Assembly (NCBI GenBank): GCA_965220325.1
Contig: OZ244821.1
Coordinates: forward strand, 5,189,644-5,253,643
DNA length: 64,000 nt
Reading direction: 5' to 3'
Source: Candidatus Poribacteria bacterium
GTDB lineage: Bacteria; Poribacteria; WGA-4E; WGA-3G
Below the pieces are notes generated by a model. It saw only the letters and a program-made list of their open reading frames with translations. It did not search any database and had not been told where the DNA came from. How positions within the stretch are numbered: position 1 is the first letter of the stretch; each line of letters opens with the position of its first letter. Both the position numbers and the translations under genes were made by a program. Positions 50,951 through 58,413 of the stretch are shown one piece after another.

Positions 50951-51967
50951 TTAACCCATTGGATGCGGTCCATGTGTTGTCACTCCCCGTCGGGCGTGTA
51001 CATAAACGGTATCTTGAATCTCAAGAATCCTGACAGCATCAGCAACTGTGGGTTCAAAGGTATCTCCGTCCCGGATTGCGTCAAATGCGCTGCCCATTAT
51101 CCGTTGTATCCGCGCACCGTGTGAAATATCCTCGCTGAACTGCACACCCTCCGTTGTATGGACTTCAATCAACGGTTCACCGTTGCGACCATACTGTTCA
51201 AATACAGATGCCTTCGTTCCGATGAATCGGAAAAAGTGATCCCCGCCACGTTTGCCAGATGGATAGTTATAACCGGATTCAATGATGCCGGTGATCCCGC
51301 TTTCCGTTCGCAACACACCGATACCGCTATCCTCTACGCCACGACCATACATGGCGTTGGACATGACTGCCCCGACGACCGTGATCTGTTCATCACCGAC
51401 GAACTGGAGGAACGTGTCGATGCCGTGAGCTGCCTCGACTGCCCAGCATCCACCCCCAGATACGCTCGGATCGTTGTGCCAGTAAGACGGCGTTGGGTCG
51501 TAACGGGATGGCGGACCGTTGTTCAGTCTACTGTTATACAACGTCAACTCTCCCAAGCTGCCATCAGCGACCATTTCTTTGACAACACTTACGATTCGGC
51601 TCGCGCGATTCGGGAGTACAAGTCCGCTAAATACACCGTGTTTTTCGGATGCCTCCGCAGCGGGACGGAGTCTATCTGCACAATCAGCGAAGGGTTTGTC
51701 TAAGAGATACGGGATGCGCCGATCTACACATGCTTGCACATGATCTCCCATTTCAATATGTTTACCAGCGACGAGTACAGCGTCCGGTTTGCTGGTGTCG
51801 AGACATTCCGCTGCGGTCTCGAATCCGGGACATTGAAAATCGTCCATCAACTGTCGTCGGGGTGCCGGTTCACTGTCCATAACGCCGACAATCTCGTGTC
51901 CGAGTCCATGCGCTGTGCGCGCCATACTCCGCCCGTGATGACTATAAGAAAGAACAGCTATTTTCAT
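50951..51967 (-). CDS. Gfo/Idh/MocA family oxidoreductase
   Basis: N-terminal Rossmann-like, LLDKP, SGGGCWAVEAAHGID. Confidence 0.85.
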   Translation of the reverse strand: MKIAVLSYSHHGRSMARTAHGLGHEIVGVMDSEPAPRRQLMDDFQCPGFETAAECLDTSKPDAVLVAGKHIEMGDHVQACVDRRIPYLLDKPFADCADRLRPAAEASEKHGVFSGLVLPNRASRIVSVVKEMVADGSLGELTLYNSRLNNGPPSRYDPTPSYWHNDPSVSGGGCWAVEAAHGIDTFLQFVGDEQITVVGAVMSNAMYGRGVEDSGIGVLRTESGITGIIESGYNYPSGKRGGDHFFRFIGTKASVFEQYGRNGEPLIEVHTTEGVQFSEDISHGARIQRIMGSAFDAIRDGDTFEPTVADAVRILEIQDTVYVHARRGVTTHGPHPMG

Positions 51968-51983
51968 ATTTTATCTCCTTAGT

Positions 51984-52137
51984 AGTTGTTAGTTATAAGT
52001 TATAAGTTTTTAGTTAACTTCGGATGTTCCCACACCTCCTTATCACGTTGCAACCCAATAGCAGTTGTGGCATCCACAAGAAAGCGTTGATAAATCACAA
52101 CCCAGACTTATAACTTATAACTTATAACTTATAACCA
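51984..52137. repeat. heptamer (GTTATAA/TTATAAC) inverted-arm element
   Basis: agttgttagttataagttataagtttttagtta ... acttataacttataacttataacttataacc. Confidence 0.75.
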
Positions 52138-54048
52138 TTATCTATAAAATGAATACATCTGCACTCCTGTGAAGAGCCGGATGAGCACCCATATACCGCC
52201 TATCATGAATTCGCCGAGGATGAGTCCCAGAAACAGCGGGTATGCTTTACGGTACAGACGAATCCCACCGACTTTCAGCAGTATTGTTTTGATGCTCCAA
52301 CTCAGAAATATCGAAAACCAAAGCCTACCGATCGTCGATTTTTCGCCAGCGACGAGATAACCTGCAGGATGGAAGGGCCAGAACGGGAAGACAGTTCGGA
52401 GCCACCAGAGGAAACCGGTGAAAAACGCGCCAATTCCAATAAAAGTCACGGCAGCAACGTCGGTTTCAGTCGGATGTGAGATCCAATTTTGCAGGAGATT
52501 GTAGCCACCTGTCCCAAGGTCACTGACGACACCGATATTGTACCCGACAAGGAGGTATGCCCAAAACGATGCAAGAATCCCGACCACCGCAGCGAACAGC
52601 ATCGCTATAATCAGTCTGCCGGAACGCATGCCTGATTCCTCTGCAAGCTTGAAGCCTTCAAGGGTATGCGGCATCGGGTTTGCACGAGAACCGCGATTGA
52701 AAGTGAGGTAAAGACGCATCATGGTTAAGCTCCCGTGCGAAAGGATGCGGGTGCCGAAGATGTCGGTAAGAATGCCGTGCGGTGTTGCGTAGGTACGGAT
52801 CGTCGGCGGACCGACTTCAGCGCGGATACGCGTGAGACTCATGGACAACAGATAATAGATGAGGAAATAGAGAGCGATCGTCCAGAGCGCCATCCCGCCT
52901 CGGTGTGAAAAGAGACATAGAAAACCTAAACCGCCGACCAATCCGAGGGCTGCCCATCGGTAGCGCATCGGTTCTCCGCTGTCGTTGATGTCGCCCGGCG
53001 AGCGGTAGCCCCTGAAAATGTGCCTGAAAACTGCAAAAAAGTAGCGTCGTCCACCCCAGATTGCGAGGCAGGAGAGTACGAGGTAGCCACCCATTATCTG
53101 CTGCCAGTCGTAAGGGAACCCCGGCAGAATATCGAGTCCGAGTGCGCTGCCCAGTATCCGTTCCGCTTTCCAGAACCAGTAGAAAAACCAGACGGAGAAC
53201 GACATCTCTAACGGCATTAGATAAGCGAGTCCGACAGCGAATGATCGGATGTAGATGGGTGTCCAACCGATGGAACTCCACGGTTTTTGGGTGAAGTATT
53301 GACCGATCTCTGCGTGCCGGACCGGGATTTCAGGGAATTCTGGGAAAAGGACATGTATACCGTTGATGAGGTTGATACCGCCAGCGATAGCGAAGCCGAG
53401 CCACATCATCTTCGACTTAAAGAGTCTTCCATCAAGCCGCGTCATCTCCAGTGGCAATTGTACGATCGGATAGGACAACCGTTCGTGTTCAATCCACTGC
53501 CTTCGGATGAACACATCCAAACAGATCATCACCCAGATAAGAACAGTGAGAAACACCGTCCACCAGAGGATAGGACGGAGCCATCCGAGCAGATGTACTT
53601 TCGTGTAGAGTGTGCTTTCGCCGTCATAAAACAATTTCAGGCTTGCTTCGTCGTTAGAGGTAAGCCACGGTGGAAGGTATCGCCAAAAGAGTTGTTTCCA
53701 TTCGTTTTCGGGGGTTGCGAACCAGAACCCGTCCGAGATCGTCGGGATGACCGTTTGCATCATGTCGTGTCCAGCGATAGCGGAGGAGAGCGAGAGCATC
53801 ACGAAGACCGTCAAGAGTTCGCCTTGTCTGAACGCGAATTTTGGCAGAAACCGTTTTAGCAGTAGATTGAAGGGAATAAGCACCATCAACGTGATAATCA
53901 CGTTGTAGATGAGCGACATCGTCGTCGGGAGGGTGCTCCAGAATTTGAGGTGGTTTGCCATGATGAAGTAGGTATTCACCGGAATCAGTAGCAAACCGAG
54001 TGCGATGGCACGAAAGGTTACGCCGGGATGGAAGTTTTGCTTTTTCAA
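52138..54048 (-). CDS. polytopic membrane protein, DUF6785/DUF6784 (OPT-like transporter) type
   Basis: RQWIEHERLSYPIVQLP, RIRAEVGPP, WPFHPAGY, FLGLILGE; many TM helices. Confidence 0.7.
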   Translation of the reverse strand: MKKQNFHPGVTFRAIALGLLLIPVNTYFIMANHLKFWSTLPTTMSLIYNVIITLMVLIPFNLLLKRFLPKFAFRQGELLTVFVMLSLSSAIAGHDMMQTVIPTISDGFWFATPENEWKQLFWRYLPPWLTSNDEASLKLFYDGESTLYTKVHLLGWLRPILWWTVFLTVLIWVMICLDVFIRRQWIEHERLSYPIVQLPLEMTRLDGRLFKSKMMWLGFAIAGGINLINGIHVLFPEFPEIPVRHAEIGQYFTQKPWSSIGWTPIYIRSFAVGLAYLMPLEMSFSVWFFYWFWKAERILGSALGLDILPGFPYDWQQIMGGYLVLSCLAIWGGRRYFFAVFRHIFRGYRSPGDINDSGEPMRYRWAALGLVGGLGFLCLFSHRGGMALWTIALYFLIYYLLSMSLTRIRAEVGPPTIRTYATPHGILTDIFGTRILSHGSLTMMRLYLTFNRGSRANPMPHTLEGFKLAEESGMRSGRLIIAMLFAAVVGILASFWAYLLVGYNIGVVSDLGTGGYNLLQNWISHPTETDVAAVTFIGIGAFFTGFLWWLRTVFPFWPFHPAGYLVAGEKSTIGRLWFSIFLSWSIKTILLKVGGIRLYRKAYPLFLGLILGEFMIGGIWVLIRLFTGVQMYSFYR

Positions 54049-54166
54049 AATAGCGTCTGCTATAAAAAAATGGCTGCAAGTGTAATATTGCGGTTTGTGT
54101 TAGTTAAACTGTAGTCTATTCATGCTTCAGATGTTTAACTTGTTTTATGACGAGGCGTTTGGGTGT

Positions 54167-54457
54167 TTATTTGAAAATAGCGACGATAATGGAGATGATA
54201 ATCGCGCCAATGGCACACGCGGTCGTTATCCAGTTTCGCATTCCCGAAATTGCTTGTTGCTTACCCGTGAGTTCCGATATACCGTTCTCAACAGTGCGGA
54301 GCCGCGTATCTATCCCATCTAATCGAGTATCTACCCTATCTAGACGCTGATTGATTTCAGTAAAGCGTTGATTGACTTCTGAAAAGTTTGTTCTGGCTTC
54401 TGTTCTGAGTTGGTCAAAGCCATCTTTCATGAGTTGATAAAGTTCTTCGTTTGTCAT
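54167..54457 (-). CDS. small coiled-coil protein with C-terminal TM helix
   Basis: Heptad repeats VNQRFTEINQRLDRVDTRLDGIDTRL; AAGGA RBS. Confidence 0.65.
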   Translation of the reverse strand: MTNEELYQLMKDGFDQLRTEARTNFSEVNQRFTEINQRLDRVDTRLDGIDTRLRTVENGISELTGKQQAISGMRNWITTACAIGAIIISIIVAIFK

Positions 54458-54489
54458 TTTGCTTCCTTTGGCTTAAGGGCGGCAGTGGT

Positions 54490-54512
54490 ACAACCTAACA
54501 GGTTATGCTACA
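54490..54512 (-). repeat. GTAG REP (TGTAGCATAACCTGTTAGGTTGT), copy 1
   Basis: 23-bp exact match to 60990-61012. Confidence 0.75.
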
Positions 54513-54628
54513 GGTTCAATTAGAAATGGTATTGTTATGCCGGATTCGCAGCGTACCACAAAAATCGTGTTCCCTTGTAATTGACAAACATATTTTATCT
54601 TTTTTTAGAGGTTTTGTCAAGTGCTGTG

Positions 54629-56608
54629 CTAAAGTGTTTTTTCTTTTTTCAATCTCCTTCTTGCACACCAATAAGCAAACCGGCGAAGATAGTAACCGAG
54701 ATTTTTGTGGATTTTCTTGAACTCCGGCACAAATGGACACCTTCCGCCGAGGACAACCAGTTCCATCTTGGCACGCGTCATCGCGACATAGAAGACACGC
54801 CGTTCCTCTGTCAGTGTGCTGTCGCGACGCGGAAAACGACGCTCCAGTGTGTTATGGATGAGGATAACCTTCTCCCACTCCCGACCTTTCGATTTATGGA
54901 TTGTCGTTACTTCCGGTGCCCCGGGATGGTTGGCGAGCATCGCTTGAATCTGATCGGTTTCATAGTTGGTGCGCGCCAAAACGGCTATCTCTTGGGACGA
55001 TTCCAATTCGTGTAATAACGTGGCTGCGACGGTTTCAGGGGTCGTCTCAACGATTTTGATGTGCTGTTGCATCGGGTTGTGAGCGCGGAGATTTTTGCGG
55101 ATACGTGGTGCGTTGCGCTCAATCAACGCTCTGGCGTGTTCAACGATTGTCGATGTAGAACGGTAGTTACGTGTAATTTCATATTTTGTTACGTCTTTCC
55201 GATCCGTGAATGTGAGCATAATCTCTGAGTTGCCACCACGGAACCCGTAGATCGCCTGATCGTCGTCACCGACAGCGAAGAGGTTTTCGGATAGGCATTC
55301 AATCAATCGGAAGTCGGCGGGTGCAATATCTTGGAACTCGTCAACGAGGACGTACGGGTATTTGTCGCGGTAGATTTGACGGAGGTCAGGGTTCGTCTCA
55401 AGTAGGTTTGCGGCGTGGATGATCATATCCTCGAAATCGACTGCATTCGCTTCGGCTTTCCGGTTTTCGTATGTGATAGCAAATGCTCGCGCGACGGGAT
55501 CGTCAAGTGTGTTTGGGTCGAACAGCCCTGTGGTGACCTGTCGTTTCGCTCGCATAACAATCTCTTTTATGTCGTTGAAACGGTCGCGGAGATTCTCGAA
55601 ATCGGGATGTGTGTCGAAATTATCTTCATAAGGGATGTTGAAATGCTGGCAGAACATCTCAAGGAACAGTTGGTTGCTGTATCTTACCCTTTCTGGATTC
55701 CCTCGGTTGAATACCGCCCAATTTTTGTGTTTTTTTATCTCTTTTTCTATCCAAGTAGAGGCTTCTGTCAAAGACACTTTGTGAAGAACCTCAAACGAGA
55801 AGCGTTTAGTCACATTGTTTTCGATTATCTTATGGATGCTCTCTGGATCTGTGGTATACCCGATGTGAGCTGTAATATCTGTCAGGGATTTAATTTTATA
55901 GATGACTCCATGAGTATTGTTACTCTTTTCTGATACTTTTTCTATTCCTTGAACCAAATCCAAATTAATCACGCTACGGTCTTTGTAGAAATTGATCCAG
56001 TGTGCTTCGCGACGGTTTGCGTTTCGTCCCGGCACGCGTTCAATTACCTCAAAACTGAATTGTGTTGCATCTTCGGATCGGATCGCCTGTCGGAGTCTAT
56101 CGTTTGATGAATGGTCGAAGTGTTCTTTTTCACGCCGTTCTAGGTTCGTGGTCTGCCCGATATAGCATCTGCCGGTCTTTCGACTCTCAATTTTATAGAT
56201 AGCCACGTCGATTGTATCAGCTTCACGTTCAATCTGTCTCCGTTCTTCTCCGACGATTTGATCAATCTGTCCCGACCAGATTTCCGGAATTCGGTTGAAT
56301 CCTGCGCGTTGATGGTTTTCAGTGATAATGTCTTTACCGAAGGCGTGGAGTGTGCGGATGATAGGTTTGCTGGATGCGGCGTGGTTTGATACTGCGAGTG
56401 CGCGCCCGATGCGGGTCTCCATTTCTTCAACGGCTTTTCTGTTGAAAGCGATGGCGAGGATATGTGCCGGTAGGATATTGTGTGTTTGGATGAGATTTAG
56501 AATCCGTGCCGTAACGACTGTAGTTTTACCGCTGCCGGGTCCTGCGATGACGATTGCGGGTCCTGTGACGTGGTTGATGGCGTTTTCTTGGTTTCTGTCG
56601 AGATTCAT
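54629..56608 (-). CDS. UvrD/Rep-like SF1 helicase with inserted GIY-YIG nuclease domains
   Basis: AGPGSGKT, TLH, LVDEFQD, VGDDDQAIYGFRG, NYRS, TIHKSKGREW, EERRVFYVAMTRAK; AIYKI..CYIGQT..RREKEH and VIYKI..HIGYT insertions. Confidence 0.85.
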   Translation of the reverse strand: MNLDRNQENAINHVTGPAIVIAGPGSGKTTVVTARILNLIQTHNILPAHILAIAFNRKAVEEMETRIGRALAVSNHAASSKPIIRTLHAFGKDIITENHQRAGFNRIPEIWSGQIDQIVGEERRQIEREADTIDVAIYKIESRKTGRCYIGQTTNLERREKEHFDHSSNDRLRQAIRSEDATQFSFEVIERVPGRNANRREAHWINFYKDRSVINLDLVQGIEKVSEKSNNTHGVIYKIKSLTDITAHIGYTTDPESIHKIIENNVTKRFSFEVLHKVSLTEASTWIEKEIKKHKNWAVFNRGNPERVRYSNQLFLEMFCQHFNIPYEDNFDTHPDFENLRDRFNDIKEIVMRAKRQVTTGLFDPNTLDDPVARAFAITYENRKAEANAVDFEDMIIHAANLLETNPDLRQIYRDKYPYVLVDEFQDIAPADFRLIECLSENLFAVGDDDQAIYGFRGGNSEIMLTFTDRKDVTKYEITRNYRSTSTIVEHARALIERNAPRIRKNLRAHNPMQQHIKIVETTPETVAATLLHELESSQEIAVLARTNYETDQIQAMLANHPGAPEVTTIHKSKGREWEKVILIHNTLERRFPRRDSTLTEERRVFYVAMTRAKMELVVLGGRCPFVPEFKKIHKNLGYYLRRFAYWCARRRLKKEKTL

Positions 56609-56641
56609 ATTTTTATCGGATACGATAAAGCCGTGTTGAAT

Positions 56642-57031
56642 CTACCATACTTCATTGCCCACTGATGGTCCCGTGTCTACCTCACCTTGCCCACCATCTT
56701 CTGGCATTTGGGCTAAAAGTTCCTCAAGCGTAAATTTGGGTTTCCGGCGGCGGGGCGGTGGTGGCGTGCGATGCGGCTTGAGTTTTCCAGATTTGACAGC
56801 TTCACAGAACAAATCATAATCTGGCATTTGGGCTAAAAGTTCCTCAAGCGTAAATTTGGGTTTCCGGCGGCGGGGCGGTGGTGGCGTGCGATGCGGCTTA
56901 ATACTCACATCTGTGGCACCGGATGGAACCGCTGAAGCGGCTCCTTGCTCATCTTCTGCGCTGCGTGGCACGCTTGAAGTCCTGAGATATTTGACATACG
57001 CTATAAAAATTAAGCATTCTTTATGGGACAT
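56642..57031 (-). CDS. MazE/ChpS-like antitoxin derivative with internal duplication
   Basis: KFTLEELLAQMP twice; ends EVDTGPSVGNEVW like the MazE C-terminus; AAGGAGG RBS. Confidence 0.55.
   Translation of the reverse strand: MSHKECLIFIAYVKYLRTSSVPRSAEDEQGAASAVPSGATDVSIKPHRTPPPPRRRKPKFTLEELLAQMPDYDLFCEAVKSGKLKPHRTPPPPRRRKPKFTLEELLAQMPEDGGQGEVDTGPSVGNEVW
56700..56899. repeat. 80-bp exact direct repeat, 120-bp period
   Basis: 56700-56779 identical to 56820-56899. Confidence 0.9.
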
Positions 57032-57084
57032 AATTGCCTCCTTGTATAAGGATACCACAATTTGATTAATGCGTCAAATTTAAC

Positions 57085-57519
57085 TCACTTCGGGATGCGC
57101 CGGACCCATAGCATCAATGCGACATTCATCGCACCGATAAAACCGAAGACGTAAGATTGGATGCCTGCTAATGTGTCAAGCGAGCGGACGAGGAAAGGAC
57201 AGAAGATCGGTAAACCGAGTGCCACACAGGTGTAAAAAGTCAAAAGTTTTGAACCTTTTGCTTCCCAGAAGGTTATCTCCCGTTTTAGAACTTTTAAATA
57301 TGATTGCTGCCACAACCGAGAGGTCCACTTCCCTTGCATAAACCCTAAAGCGATCCCGAAACCAAAACCGAAACTTGACCAGCGGAGATCAATACGGACG
57401 TCGTAAGAGAGAGCTACAACCCACAGCAGTTGTCCAAGCACCGAAAGCACTATAAATGCCCAAAAGATAGGCATCTTCATATAGAAAGGAAGGAGGCGAC
57501 GTGTTAACTTATCCTGCAT
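57085..57519 (-). CDS. hypothetical membrane protein
   Basis: 144 aa with about four hydrophobic segments. Confidence 0.65.
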   Translation of the reverse strand: MQDKLTRRLLPFYMKMPIFWAFIVLSVLGQLLWVVALSYDVRIDLRWSSFGFGFGIALGFMQGKWTSRLWQQSYLKVLKREITFWEAKGSKLLTFYTCVALGLPIFCPFLVRSLDTLAGIQSYVFGFIGAMNVALMLWVRRIPK

Positions 57520-57571
57520 TTTTTATGGGCGCTTCGGAATACACTGCTTTTGAATAACAGCGTCTATTGTG

Positions 57572-58372
57572 CTAAAGATTCGCTTTGACGTAATTAACAG
57601 CGTTCTTGAAGATTGCGAGTCCGTCACCTTCTTCAGTTGCAGTGTCTTGTGCCTGCGAAAATCGAGTCCAGCGCGGGTGATTCCATTTCGTTAGAAACCG
57701 TTCGGGGTGTGGCATCAGACCAAATATCCTACCAGTCGTGTCACAGATACCGGCGATGTCGGCATCCGAACCGTTCGGGTTTTTCGGATATTCACTCTCG
57801 GCATACCGAAATACGACTTGATTGTTTGCCTCTAATTCAGCCAACACATCTGCGGGTGCGGTGAACCGTCCCTCAGCATGTGCAACAGGGAGATAGACGC
57901 TCGGTTTGATGTTTTTCGTAAAGACACACGGACTCTCTTGTGTCTCTAAATCTACCCACCGACACTCAAACTTTGCGGAGGTATTCATGGCGAGTGTCGC
58001 GCGCTGCGTCATCTGTGATGTGCCGTTAGCAGATGTGGATACGCCCGGTAACAAGCCAGTCCGAACAAGGACTTGGAACCCGTTGCATATACCGATGACG
58101 AGTTTACCGTCCCCAACGAACCGGTTGAGTGCATCTGTCAGTTTATGTTTCATCTCGACTGCCAACAGTATGCCCGCTGAAATGTCATCACCGTAGGAGA
58201 AACCACCCGGAATGGCGAGGATCTGATAGTCGGATAGGTTAACTTTACCAGAGATGAGGTTTTGGATATGGACTAACGCTGTCTCCGCACCGGCGAATTG
58301 GAAAGCGGTATCCGTTTCTGCGTCGCAGTTAGTCCCTGCGGTTCGTAAGATGAGTACTTTAGGTTGCGTCAT
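57572..58372 (-). CDS. purQ: FGAM synthase glutaminase subunit
   Basis: GTNCD, PGGFSYGD, GICNGFQ, AHAEG, NPNGS, MPHPER. Confidence 0.97.
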   Translation of the reverse strand: MTQPKVLILRTAGTNCDAETDTAFQFAGAETALVHIQNLISGKVNLSDYQILAIPGGFSYGDDISAGILLAVEMKHKLTDALNRFVGDGKLVIGICNGFQVLVRTGLLPGVSTSANGTSQMTQRATLAMNTSAKFECRWVDLETQESPCVFTKNIKPSVYLPVAHAEGRFTAPADVLAELEANNQVVFRYAESEYPKNPNGSDADIAGICDTTGRIFGLMPHPERFLTKWNHPRWTRFSQAQDTATEEGDGLAIFKNAVNYVKANL

Positions 58373-58413
58373 TATTGCCCCTTACTATGTTTAACACACG
58401 TTTCGCTTAAAGG

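Noticed and set aside
55680-56210. GIY-YIG insert as an intein or group I intron
   Set aside because: No Cys/Ser start or His-Asn end motifs seen, and the frame is continuous
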